DNA of 64,000 nucleotides from Chrysomallon squamiferum (GCA_012295275.1 CM022670.1:35216001-35280000), one strand, 5' to 3'; positions 26,942 to 40,800 are shown, counted from the first letter of the stretch. Notes: a model not told the origin generated them from the letters alone. A program made the numbers and translations.

Positions 26942-27571
26942 TCTAGGGCATATCCTCATTTCCCCCTAGTCATCTCCCACTGGTGATTTCCCCCAGTTAT
27001 CTCCCCCATGTCAGTTCCCCCCTGCCTAGCATGTCAAGGAGAATTGATCTTTTGTACAGATTAACTGGATATAAAAAGATAATTGTATATAATATAAATT
27101 GTTTATTTGACATTTCATATTGCATATAGTTACACAATCTTTTGGACACATTTTACATCTGGAGATTGTAAGCAACACCAAGGAGGAAGTCCTGGTAATC
27201 TCTGTGACCAGAGGCTGAAGCCCCTGGGTGGTGTCTTTGTAGGTGCGGTGCTGTGGTAGTTACAGTACTGAGGGACTGTTCTTTTTTCAGAACATCCAGA
27301 AACAGTGAGATATTTGGATGATGATTGCAGTTTGTTGACATGAACTTTGGAACAACATGTGATTAGGACAACAGTTAAGTTTGTTGATAAACAAAAAAAA
27401 ACAAGAATAATTTACCCTTTTTTCATTTATTACCAAGTTTATGCAATGTTAGGCCCCTTCAAAAACCTTATTAATGACTCAGACTATAAGCCAGGATATT
27501 TGACAGTTAAAACAGGTAGGCAGGGGGGAATTGTCGTGGGGGGAAATATCTGGGAAGAAGAGTCCTGACAC
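26939..27571 (-). mobile_element. Internally deleted Mutator-like (MULE/Phantom-type) DNA transposon
   Basis: Imperfect inverted termini: C-rich ...CCCAGTTATCTCCCCCATGTCAGTTCCCCCCTGCCTA on the left, TAGGCAGGGGGGAATTGTCGTGGGGGGAAATATCTGGG on the right. The minus-strand ORF remnant NHHPNISLFLDVLKKEQSL...DFLLGVAYNL resembles the C-terminus of MULE-type transposases (recalled motif). Inserted in a TA/CA microsatellite. Confidence 0.7.
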
Positions 27572-27642
27572 TATACATACACACACACACACACACCCAG
27601 ACAGACACACACATACATATATACGTACATACACACACATAT

Positions 27643-27676
<34 letters not shown>

Positions 27677-27736
27677 TTGTGTGTATGTGTGTGTGTATAT
27701 ATAAATATGTATGTATGTATGTATATATACTGTATA

Positions 27737-27773
<37 letters not shown>

Positions 27774-28984
27774 TACAGATATATATATAGATATAGATAT
27801 TGATATAGATATATATTTACAATAATCCTAAATTAATATGTTGAAGCAATAACAAAGCATATCAAGCAACAGAGAAGATTTGTCACTGTGTAATCAGGTC
27901 TTAAGCCTGCAGGCTCCAAGGAAATCCCCAAAGCACTTGAAATAAAGTGTTTTCATTGGTTGCAAACAGAATAATCTGACAGCAATGTTTATCAGAGGAA
28001 ATTACTCAAGTAATGATAATACCAAGCCTGACAGATTTTTCCCAATACCTGGGTTTTGTCACTCGTACAAAACCCACCACCACACACACACACACTACAC
28101 TACACTACACTACACTGTTGCCATTCTCACTATGCAAAAATCATATCCATGCATTTGGAAAATCATATGCATAATGCTTTGTACAGTGAGGTGCAGACTG
28201 TATGAGCTTATTGTGTGAAGTGACAGCCATGTTTATAATTGAAACCACTCACTTGTCAACAAGCAAAAAAATTTCAATAGTACCGTACATGCTTCTGCCT
28301 AGAAACTGATAACAAAAAACTTAACATTGGATAATCAGATCTGTTTGCTCTCTCTTCATAAAACACTCTTTGGGTCTGCTTTGGCAAATGTGATCGCTTG
28401 GTTGCCATTGGTGTGTTATGGTTTCTGACATTTAAACATTCTTCTTGGGACTGAGCAAAATGGCTTGGGTCTGGCCAAAGGAACCTGAACCATCACCGAG
28501 GTTTCAGAAGAAGCAAGTGCTGGTAACAATTGTTTTTTTGTTGTTAATATTGTTGTGTTTTGTGGGTGTTTTTTTTTACGTTTCTTGCTGAAGGAAAGTT
28601 TCTGTTAAAGGTTAAAAATGAAATGCATGAACAACATGAAAGCATTGGTATCAAATTTCACATAAAAGTAAATGTATCATTTTATAGCACCTAGTTATTT
28701 GTCTGTCTGTCTGTCTATCTGTATGTATACAATTTAAATGCCCATATGCATACCTACATAATGTTCTTTCTGTTTCTGCTAGTGTACCTATCTACCTACC
28801 TTCCCTCCTGTGTGTGTCTGTCAATCTGTCTAGAAACACCTCTTTACAGACCTCTAACTATCCGTCTATCTGTGTATCATTTAGTCTTTCTGACTCTCTG
28901 CCAGACTGTCTGTATATTTGTCTAACTCTGTCTACCTGCCAACACACATACATAATCAATGAATCGAATCAATCTATTCATCAG

Positions 28985-29150
28985 AATATCTATCTATCTA
29001 TCTGTTTATCAGTCTGTCTATCTATCTATCTATCTATCTATCTATTATCTGTGTATCTATCTATTTATCTATTTATTTATCTATCTATCTCTACCTACCT
29101 ACTTACATGCCTGCCTGCCAGCCTACCTGTCTACCTGTATTTCTATTTAT
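28985..29150. repeat. (TCTA)n/(CCTG)n tetranucleotide microsatellite
   Basis: Direct reading. Confidence 0.85.
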
Positions 29151-30999
29151 CCATCTGTTTAACCTGACTGGGTGTTTGTGTGTCTGTCTGTCTATTCATC
29201 TATTGTACTATATGTTAATTTCAAATATATTTATAGAAATAAAACTAAAACAGAGATTGTTTTTTTTTATAAGCAGTATGCATACATATTTTTAGAATAT
29301 ATTTATATGAAAATAAAATAAAAATATTTAGAACAAAAAATAAATCCATTATTATTCATTTGCATATTATATGTTATTTTGGTGAGTGTAATGGATTTAA
29401 AAGTATATTTGGAAATAAGACATCCTATCATTATAAAAAATATTGTTGGGTGTCACTTTTTGATTTGTTCTAATGTTGCAGGAATCAGATCATTTTCTTG
29501 AAAAGCGTTTACAGAAATGTTTGATTTCTTTTGCATTGGATGATAGAATAGGTATCAGAAAAAATATAGAAGCTGTCATATCAGTACATGTGATTGATTT
29601 CTTGACTGTCATTTACTGGACAGGTCTAATGAGGGTCTCATTCCACATTTTGAGATACTGTTGTGTCATTAGCTATGGCCAGATGTCAGTGCCCTTTGAA
29701 GAATCATCTTGTGATACGTTTGTCTACTAATCGTAACTAATTCAGTGTATTTGTACCTTTAATACTTTCTTCTTTTTTAAGTAAGATATTTCTAAGAGCA
29801 TTATTTGTATTATTTACTTAAAAAATAGGACAGAATGTAAGTAATCCTAAAACAAAACATGTGGTAAAGAAAAAAATGTATAGAGCATTATGTCCAGAGG
29901 GGTGTTTCCTGTTGCCATCAGTGCCTCATAATTATCTCATCAAAGGCCATTGAACATGCTTTTCTATTTAAAAAGAGTAACCATTGGTTACTGGACTAGT
30001 CATTGGTTACTGGTGTTTTGTGAAGGCTTGATCAAATATTCTAAACAACTGAGCTGAAATTCACTGTCTAGGACAAAAAATTATAAGAAAATGGTTGTTA
30101 TCTCTAAGAATCTAAATTAAACACTGTTCCAGCTGATTATTATCATAATAAATTAAGTATTTGTTGATATGTAATTATAATTAGTATTCAGAGATATTAA
30201 TAAATATTTTTTTCATTACTGTATTACGTGAAACAATGATGTGCAGCCATGTTGTCCTTATAAACAGCTCTAAAACTGAAATTTAAATTTTATTTGTTAT
30301 GTCAGTGACTCTGGATCAGTTGAATCGATTAGAGTTATTAATTTTTTAATAATATATGTAATTTTATTACAGAATGTTTTTTAAATTATCAGTAACAACA
30401 TTGCTTGTGCAAACATAAACAAACAAACAAAAAAATAAACAGACAGAGAGACAGACAAACAAATAAAAACATAAAACAAACAAATAATAATAAAAATCAT
30501 AAACAAAATAAGAATGTTCAAAAAAGGAAAACAAATTGTTAAAGAATTTACAATTTATAATTTAAAATAAATAAATAAATAAATATTTAAAATAAAAACA
30601 TTAAACAAATAATATTAAAAATATTAATGCATTACAAAAATTAAAAAAGAAAAAAAAAGAAAAAGAAATACAGAAGGAAAAAAAAAAGATTGCCAAAAAA
30701 ATCACACTTTCTAACCACTTAAATGTTTCTAAACACTGAGCACCCAGTATTTCAATCCCTGTTATGTCACACATTGTACATATTTTGAAACATAATCTCC
30801 CCGACATACAAATGTTAATAGCTTTTACGCTATTGAATAAAAATCTTAGCTGAATTAGTTACGTCAGATAAATTACCATATAGGATATATCGCTTTAATA
30901 AATGACAGTAACTCTGATCAGTAAGGTACAATAATCAATCTTTAAAAAAAAAAAATAATAAGCTGTAAACTGTAGCTTTACAATCTGTCACAGACTGAA

Positions 31000-31240
31000 C
31001 CCTTTGAAACCCAAACTCCTGATTTTAACAGGACTTTCTTCATGAGTGTCTAAGCAGACATCTTGTTTACCATAATTTGTTTGGAAGATGACTGCAATTA
31101 TGTACGACTATTGGTCAAAGATGACTATTATTTTTGTGAATCCATAATTCAACTTGAGGCTTGATTCCTGGTTAATCTGAACTGCCCCATTTAAGAAAAT
31201 AAGAAAATTCCTGGTGCGTCAAGACAGTTGTGTCGAAGGG
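31000..31240. mobile_element. Possible piggyBac-type MITE
   Basis: Ends CCCTTTGAAAC and GTGTCGAAGGG (9/11 inverted match); TTAA on the right flank and TGAA on the left. Confidence 0.35.
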
Positions 31241-32287
31241 TTAATGATAAAAAATATATATATATCCATAAAATATCCAGTGTCATGATTTTTAAAGTCA
31301 GTTGGCATTTCCGAAGACAGCCCACATAATTTTATTTTATTGTCACTGTATATTTTATGTCAGCAACAACTATAATGTTTTTTCAAACTTTTTTTTTTTT
31401 GATTATCTTGAATTAAAAACATTATATGGGGATAAAATGTGAAAATGTTGTGCACTCTATTTTTGAAAAAGGTAATTTTTTATTTCTTCTTGTGTACATT
31501 ATGGATTTGATTCTTATTATTAGGGTATGAAGGTGGAGTGTTTTAACAATGATTTATTTATATCAAGAATTTTTATAATAATAATAATAAATAAATAAAT
31601 AAATTACTTACTTGCTTAATTATTTAATTAGTTAATTAATTTCATAATAATGTAGACTTTCTATTAAAATTGTCTATTCAATACAATGATGCATTTAAAA
31701 ATGTCATTCAGTTACAAATGAACAAATGAACAGTGTGAAAATACAAAAAAACTTTATTATCAACAAAGCTTGGACTCAAGTAAACAGATAAGACAATCTT
31801 TGGACTGTGCAACTCTGTTTCAAGTGTGTTATGTGTTTTTGCCTAGAAACTGATAACACAAAACAAGAGTATATCTCAGGCTGATGGGGTCAGCTGAATA
31901 AAAAAAGTCAAATGTCTCTGTTACATTATATATTATAATAACTCTGTTATGTCATGTCAAGTACTTCTGCTCCTTTGACCTCTGACCTGCTGGCTGTTTT
32001 TGACCCTACATTAAATACAGACCTATTTTTTTTTTTTTTACTTTTTATTTATTTATTTTTTTTTGTTATTTTTGATAAACAGATTTGATTAATTTATGAA
32101 TAATACAGTGAATGTTTAATTAGATATATTTTAACTACACCTGTGCTCTTTGTGTTGTATACCTTGTTTGCTTTTAACTGTTTGGGAACTGGATTCTTAA
32201 ATAATTATTGAATAGTTTGGTAGCTCTGAGAAAACACTTCTGGCAGTCAGTCTGTATTTATACTGATTGAGTTACCTTATTAGAAGT

Positions 32288-32371
32288 GTTGTTGTTGTTG
32301 TCATCATCCTCATCGTCATCATCATCATGATTATTATCATCATTATTATTATTATCATCATGATTATTATG

Positions 32372-32402
<31 letters not shown>

Positions 32403-32411
32403 TATTACCAT

Positions 32412-32490
<79 letters not shown>
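32288..32490. repeat. (TTG)/(ATC)/(ATT) trinucleotide microsatellite
   Basis: Direct reading. Confidence 0.9.
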
Positions 32491-32492
<2 letters not shown>

Positions 32493-32611
32493 TCTTACTT
32501 ACATTTTAATAATGTCTTTAAGGAATCTTACAGCATAATGGACATTAACAAATGTATTAATAATGATAATGAGTCAGGCATTTGGAGACTGGAGAGGTTG
32601 CTGTTTGGTGA

Positions 32612-32846
32612 TATGACAGGAAACTCTCTACTGCTCTTCAGTTGTCTGTTGCTATACCAGTGTCTGTTCAAGCAGAAAAGAGATTTTGTACGTGCACTTT
32701 TGCATTAGATAATAAACCACAAACCATAGCCTCTGCTTAACCAGTCATGGCTTACTGGGTTTGGAATGGGATGTTGTCCAAAAGAGGATCTATGAAGGCT
32801 TGATCCTACAACCTATGAGCCTAGACAAATGAGCTAAAGGTCACTG
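32612..32846 (-). mobile_element. Degenerate tRNA-derived SINE copy (antisense)
   Basis: GGAAACTCTCTACTGC...AGCAGAAAAGAGATTTTGTACGTGCAC...ACCATAGCCTCTGCTTAACCAGTCATGG...GATCCTACAACC...GAGCTA resembles a recalled gastropod SINE and the copy at 44670. Confidence 0.55.
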
Positions 32847-33344
32847 TCTAGAACACACACATTGGTATCTCGTATCAAAAACGTAATAACAAAACTGTAG
32901 ATATCTCCAAGGATCTTAATTAACCTGTTCCAGTTAATGTTTAATCTTTGAAGTTGTTGGCAAATTATTATTATTATTTTTTTTTTTTGGACTAAATGAA
33001 AGAGATTAATCTTGCAGAAATCTAATTGATAACCTATATTCCTGAACAAAACAAAACGTGGTGATGTGTGACAGTAATATTATGTAATTCTGAAGGTCAC
33101 ATTATTTAAGTGTATTTAATAATCAACAAGAAAGAAGTATACTCAGTTTTGCACTGTCTTCTACAAGACTTATTTGTGTAAGGAAAAAATCATATTATAT
33201 AAATTTTATATTAATAGGATTTTTAAAAAACAAAAGGAAGACTGTCAAAGACAAGGTAATAGATTTTATATTATCATTCCATTTGTATTTATTTGTATAT
33301 AGAAGAATGAGATTTTAGTTTATTTTGTTTCATTCTCTCCTGTG

Positions 33345-33404
<60 letters not shown>

Positions 33405-33505
33405 GTTATTGTGATTGTTATTTATATTGTTGCTGTTGTTGTTATTATTAGTTAAATATTTTTCTAAATTGAAACTCAGTTATTACCAATCAATCCTTTT
33501 CTTTT

Positions 33506-33842
33506 AGGTTAAAATACATTGTTATGAAATACATATTGTTTGTAACAGGTAAAAATACATTGTTATGAAATACATATTGTTTGTAACAGGTAAAAACACA
33601 TTGCTATGAAATACATATCATTTGTAACAGGTAAAAATACATTGCTATGAAATACATATTGTTTGTAACAGGTAAAAATACATTGCTATGAAATACATAT
33701 TGTTTGTAACAGGTAAAAATACATTGCTATGAAATACATATCGTTTGTAACAGGTAAAAATACATTGCTATGAAATACATATTGTTTGTAACAGGTAAAA
33801 ACACATTGTTCTGAAATACATATTGTTTGTAACAGGTAAAAT
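33506..33842. repeat. Minisatellite, 41-bp unit (AGGTAAAAATACATTGCTATGAAATACATATTGTTTGTAAC), 8 copies, just upstream of an exon acceptor
   Basis: Exact 41-bp period from 33506 to 33834. Confidence 0.95.
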
Positions 33843-33868
33843 GAATTATTATTTTTACTTTGTTGCAG

Positions 33869-34014
33869 AGTGAAAGGGCGGAGTTCCCTTTCATGAAACC
33901 AGGATACAACAGCACAGTCCAGCACGCTCCCTTCGGGAATGATTATTCAATAACATTCGAAGAAAAAATAATCGGTGGAAACTTGACAAAAGTTGTGAAA
34001 AGACAACCAATTGA
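33869..34014 (+). CDS. C1orf87-like exon (SERAEFPF-MKPGYN...KIIGGNLTKVVKRQPI)
   Basis: tgttgcag acceptor, ATG at 33893, GA|gtaagt donor (phase 2). Confidence 0.85.
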
Positions 34015-35128
34015 GTAAGTCTGTTTTTAATTATTTTTTTTTCATATTAAATCCTAAATTTTAATTTTTCTGAGTTTTTGTTTTACGTAACTTAGGGTGT
34101 TAACATGTGAATTTAATTTTTATTTTCTTTGTTATTTCTGAAATAATTAATGCTAAGGTTTGTTTGTTTAGTATGTATTTTTTATGTTGTAAAAATCCTC
34201 TTTGAAATAGGCTGTAGATAGGCAGGCCAATCAAAAGACACTGAGAAGGATTAAACCAAAGTACTTTACAAAATACTTTAACCCACCTTAGGATATTAAT
34301 ATTAAAATCCTGCCCTATTTCATTATATTTATTTGAAGAAAAAATAAAAAATAAAAATTTCTACACTTTATTATTTTTCTCCCTTTGGCCAAGACAGTTG
34401 ACTGAAAGCTAATGCAACTATTACATCATTTTTTGCTTAACAAAATAATCTTTAATCCTTAATCCTGTAAATGCACGGCTTAATCAAGTTTACTGTTAAG
34501 TAAATCCCAAACATTTAGCACTGGTACAAGTGTCTGTTTAGTAAACTGATCACACAAATGTTCACAAACATGTCTGCTGAAGATGGCTGATGATATTTTG
34601 TGCAGATGAAAAGATAGAAGTGATTTTTTAAATAACTGTTTAATGGAGCAAAGTAGAATAAATAAAAATTAAGTTAAAGATAATGACAGACAGAAAAGAA
34701 ATGCAGGAGAAAGAGAAAAAGAGAGAGAGAGAGAGAGAGAGTGTAAGAGAAAGATAGAGAGATAGGGGTAGGGCAGCAAGAGATGAAGATAAAGACAGAA
34801 AGTGAGAGAGAGATAGGGAAAGGGAACAAGAAAGATAAAGAGACAGATACAGAAAGAATCAGAAAGAAAAGAGGGAAAGAAAGAAAGAAAGAGGAAGAAG
34901 AGGAGGAGAGAGAGAGAAAGAAAGAAAAACAGAGAAATGTCAGACAAATATATAAATAATGATTATCATTTTTTTTTTTGTACAGTAATCTTTACTGACA
35001 ATAAATAACTTTGAAAGTGATATAACAGGCTTATAACAATGCCTTAAGAGTGTTTTATTTAGTGAAATGCCTGCATTTCCAAGTTGCTGTGCCTTTATTT
35101 ATATTTATTATTACCTAAAAATCTTTTA

Positions 35129-35184
<56 letters not shown>

Positions 35185-37770
35185 TAATGATGATGATAAT
35201 TATAATAATCATTACAAAGATGATAATAATAATAATCATTATAAAAATGATAATGATGATGATGATGATGATGATAATAATAATAATAATAATAATATAT
35301 AAATAACAGCTGCAAGAAATTCATCTAGTGATTTAAAAATACTATTATTCATATACAAACATAAAATCATATATATTGTAGAGATTGCACAGACTGTGCA
35401 AATAATCTAACATAAACCACTATATATGTAATCATAAACGTGCCCAAAATGATTAGATTATAAATCATTTGAAAATGTATTGCATGACTGATAGCAAATT
35501 AATTCACTTACGAAACATATCCAGTGAGTGTAAATTTGTGGCATTCAAAATAATCCATCTTGCTGAGTGTATTTTTTTTATTTATGTTGTTGGGGTTTTT
35601 ATTGTTTTTTTTTTTACAAACATAAAATTGCAAACCTGCATCTATTAATCAATGTCTGTGAGTACTGGTGAACTTCAGGCAGTATTATCTGCCATTTTCA
35701 TAGTTTGTCAATTAAAGTGATTGATTGGTTTTTGAAGAAAACAGCCATTAGTTACCTGACAACCAACTTAACCGCCATTTTATCACTGATAAACTAGACA
35801 CCTTGCAGTCTGGCCATGTCGTACAGGAGTGACTGTTTGTCATTAACCAGTTTTTAAAACAAAAATGGCATCAACAGCTTTTTATTGGACTCCAATTGAG
35901 TCTATTCTGATCTGGAAAAGCTGTTAATGAAGTGGTTTAATTTCTGAGAATATCATAATGCTTTTGTTTATTATAAAGTTTTATAATAATAAAAAATAAA
36001 TCTGTATTCCTCTTCTTTCTACACATTTGGTTATTTCCCAATCCAACCAGAACCCTAATAATATTTCATGAAAAGCAATGGTTCATATTTCCCTGACTAC
36101 AGAAACATACACATCTAACAGATCACTTGCTGTATTCTATATCAGATCATTACTGTCTAATATAAAAAGGTCTGTTAATACTGTTGAACAAATATTTTTT
36201 CATTTATTCATTTCTATAACTGCAACAACTACAGCTACTGCTACCACTAATAATAACTTTATTTTTTACAACTATGACATAATCAACTGGTTTGGAGTCC
36301 CTGTTAAAAAGTAATCATAATCTTCATTCCATGCATACATTTTTAAATCTTTTTCCTAATGAAATATCAATATTTGTTTATTGACTGTTTGATAAGCTGC
36401 TTCCTTTGTTTTCTTTGTTTACACTGCCAAGGGACATTGTGTACATATTTTCTTAATATAAATACATTTAAAGAGCTTCACCTTTCCAAATGGAAATTCA
36501 CAAACATGTTACTTAATCAGATATTTTTCTGCAAATATTAACTTGGTCTACGATTCAGTTGTTGTTGTTGTTTAAGGAAACTGTTGTAATTTGGGTTGAG
36601 ATGCCTTACTTTAAAGTGTAGCATTTGTGAAAAATAGCCTAAATATGTTTTGTATTTATTATAATTACTGTGTTATTTGTTACTCCTAACATGTTATGAC
36701 TTGAGTAGCACTGAAGCAGCAGCCATTTTTTTTTGTCCTTATGATGTCACATCGTGCATTATTGTTGTTCAAGTTCTTATTAAATTTTCTTCTTCTTCTT
36801 CTTCTTATTATTATTATTATATTATTATTACATGTATAATTATAATTCATAAGATTTTGTTTTTTAAAATAATTATTTTATTTTACTTGAACTTTTTATC
36901 CTTTTAATTATAATTGTAACAAGAAAGCATTATTTTAATGCTTTTTATTATTACTACCTCTCAGAAATATAACTGTTTTAAAATTTAGTATTTTCAATGT
37001 GTTCTGTAACTGACTGAATAATGTCTTATCCTATTTCATGTGTATCTATATCTGCATTATTTTTTAATGTGGATCATTTTATATTAATTTTTTAATAATT
37101 ACACTGAATTGCAAAAATAAAAAAATAAAAATATATAACAAGGCATTGTCCACTAAGGTTTGGAAACCTGTACTGTAGATCAAATGTCAGTAATCACGTT
37201 TGACAACCATCACTAATGAAATAACAAGCTAAAAATGCCAGTAAGTAATCATATGAATGCCTCAGTGCATTTTTTTCATTATCATTTCAGAAAATTTGAT
37301 CTCCTGTATCTTTCACTTAATACCATTTCCCATTAGCTTCTCACAACACCAATTTTGATTAATATCATTGTATTTCCACAGCATGCTAAAAAAAATTAAC
37401 CATTCTACTTGTCTACAGACTGAGAAGAAATTATAAAATTATATTTCTCATTTCCTAATCAAATGAAGGTTATGATAAGGAACAGTGACTATAGATAAAA
37501 TATAAATAGAATGTATTTTTGAAATGTTTTCGTATCAGCTGTTAAAACACAAGCTATGCTGTTGCCAGGCAACACAGGACTTTAATAGGACACTGATCTG
37601 TTTGAAGAGTAACAGTATTAAAATAATACTGTAATAAATGACTAATTTTTATCTCTGATTAGAGTACAGGCAAAATGTCTTGTCCTGTGAGATTTTGTTA
37701 ACCAGTCATATGAAGTAGAATCACATCCTGGTGAAAAACTTCAGATAATAAATATATGATGCACATGATA

Positions 37771-37808
<38 letters not shown>

Positions 37809-40800
37809 CTACTACTACTACTACCACCACCATTATCTTTATTATATTTCCTTCTGAAACCATAAAAATATGTTTATATATATACAGTATTTTTTAAATG
37901 TAGTCACTTACAGTGATTCCATTTTTAAAAATACAGTATATATCAACATATGTTTAGTGTGTGAATGGTGCAGTTTCATTCTGTGCAATCTTTATGCAAA
38001 ATGTTCAGTTTTAACAAAACTAATGTACAGTTTTAATACAAGAAAATGACAATAATTAGAGGGTCAATAATTGAGCAGATGGCAATTTGGATGACAAATG
38101 CTGTTACTTCCACTGTTACCAGTAAAACGTAGAGGTAGTATATAAAGGGTGAATCATTGGGGTTTTTTCTTCTCCATTTTTTCCACTCTTTAATACTGTA
38201 ATAAAATACAGGTTTGAATCTCAGTGTAAAACATTAACTGGTGCTAAAGTAAAGTAATTTCTTTGTTTCGAAAGGAGTTTTGAAAAGGTTTTGAAGAACA
38301 ATTTTTCTAGAATATTTAAAAAAAAAACAGAACAGAAAATAACAATACTTTTATTTGTTGAGGAAAATAAATCAAATGAAATAAAAGTTAAAAAATAATT
38401 TTTTTAAAGTAATTTCATGAAAAAGACAACTAATAAATTTAATGTTTTATGTTAAAGTGTTATAGTCATTTTATGTTTTGGAAAAACTAAAATGTATTTT
38501 TATTTGGGAACTAACTGATCAATCTTTTATACCCCACCATTTTCAGGTGGTGAATATTTTTTATTTGTTCCAAAATGAGATATCTCTATGTGTATTTTAT
38601 TTTTAATAAATATATTAAATATCAGTACAGAAAAACTTTTAAACATTGGAATTTATTAAAGAAATATAATTTAAAATATATTAGCTTTCAAAAAAACAAA
38701 TACTATTAACATGAGGGATGCTACAGGGTTTTTATAATAAGCACAGAAATCAATATTATTTGTATAAAATGTCAAGTATTTTTGTTTAATGAGGTATGCT
38801 GGCTATGGCCTTACAAGAACTTTTCATTATGCCACTTAGAAAACGGGAAAGAAAAGGAATATCTTCTTAATGGCACTGTGGATAGTTTTTTTTGAGAATC
38901 ACTTGACATATTTTGATTAATATCTAAACATTAACTGAAAAAACTATTTAAATAAAATTCTGGTCACTGGGATAATGTTATGTACAAGAACTACTTGAAG
39001 CAAGTTTTGTTGGGGTTGGTATTATAAGTAATTATTACTCAAAAAAATGCAACCATGTCCTACATTACGACTAAGGAGCAATGGTTAGAACTAGAAATAA
39101 TACAGCTCTGTTAATAATAAATGGAAATAAATTATTAATTGATTGCAGATTTGCTGGTATAAGCCATAATAATGGAATGATAACAGCAGAATTAGGTTAA
39201 GTTTCACAGATACACACATTAGTATTCGTGTCAGAGATGGAAAGTCTCTGATCTTTGGCTTATTGTCAATGCCTGGGTTCATACAGCCCAGTTAGCCAAA
39301 ACATGAAACACACTTTACAGCTGGCCATGAATGCAAATGTGTTAATAAAGTCGGCTGTCACAGTGAAAATGCCTGATCAAATTATCTGCTTGAAGTCAGA
39401 CACAGAAATGACAGCATGTTAAATATCTTTCTTGTTAACAAAAGGTTCTGAATAAATGCAAGGCCAGTTTAAAAAAAAAAAAAGACTTGTCCAGTCTTGT
39501 TAGTTATGCACAAAAGATGGTTTGACAGTCTCGTAGTTTTGAATATGATTTGTTTGTTTGCTTTATACTTTTCTTTTTGTTGGATCCTCTTCAGCCTTTG
39601 AATTGAACGTAATAGATGAATACATTTCTATTTTATGGGATTTTGTGCTTTTGTTCCCTTGTTAGAATATTACAGACTCAAAACAGAACAGAAATAGCAT
39701 AAGAATTTAAAAAATTAAAATGTGAACTGTCATGACATCAATCCAAGTGCTTCAAGTAGTTATAAAGTAGTTTTTTTTGTTGTTTTTAGCAGTTATTGTG
39801 AGTTTTTTTTTTTTTTTTTTTAAATGTTTTTAGAATGAAAAAGAAATAAATTATTTGTCATGCTTCATGTTTTGTTGGACAAGCACTGAAATAGTTATTT
39901 ATATGTTTAAACAATGATACATAGAAATAATGTTGCTTGTTTTTAATTTTTTTTTTTTGTAAGTTTCATTTAGCAATAGTTTTGATCTCACTAATTTTCA
40001 TTAGTGAATATTATAATTAGAAAAGAACTGACATATAAAAGGTATTTTATTTCACTGACACAAATTTTGAATAAAAACTTTTATTCATAAAAACAGGAGA
40101 AACAAAATAAAAGAAAGAAAATAACAACAATAATATCAACAAAATAAACATTAATAATACCAATGATAATATCAGCAGAAACAGCAATAGCAATGACAAC
40201 AAGAACAAAAACTGTTACTTCATCAGAATTTTAATTAAAGTAGTGACATTTAAAACTTCATTTAATGCAGATTTTTTTTTTAATGTAATAATTTAAAAAA
40301 AATTTTTTATTGAACTCGATCACGTGACTAGAAATATTAATTACTGTAAAGCTTTTGAGTGGTTTTATTATGAAACATAATATCTTACTTCATTTATTTA
40401 TTTTTTAAATAGTATGGAACACTGAAATTATGATCATGACTGTTATCATCATCATCAATATCATCATCAATATTATTATTATTATTATTATTATTTTATG
40501 GAAAAATTATATTATTGTCATTATTATTAATTTCAACATTATTTTTATGTATTTTTCAGATTAGGGTTAAATTACCTCTGTTTCATTGTGATTTCTAATC
40601 ATTAATTTTATGATAATTAATCAGTTTTAAATTATGTACTTACTACTACTACTATTACCACTGCTGCTTCTCATGTTGCTGTAGTACTGTTATCACTACT
40701 CCAGCTCCTAAGTCAATACTACAATTGTTACTACTAATATTTTATGATAAGCTATCAATTGTAAATTATACATACTACTAATACCACTATTGCTTCTGCT

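Noticed and set aside
38830-38940. Possible SINE tail remnant
   Set aside because: Similarity too weak to call
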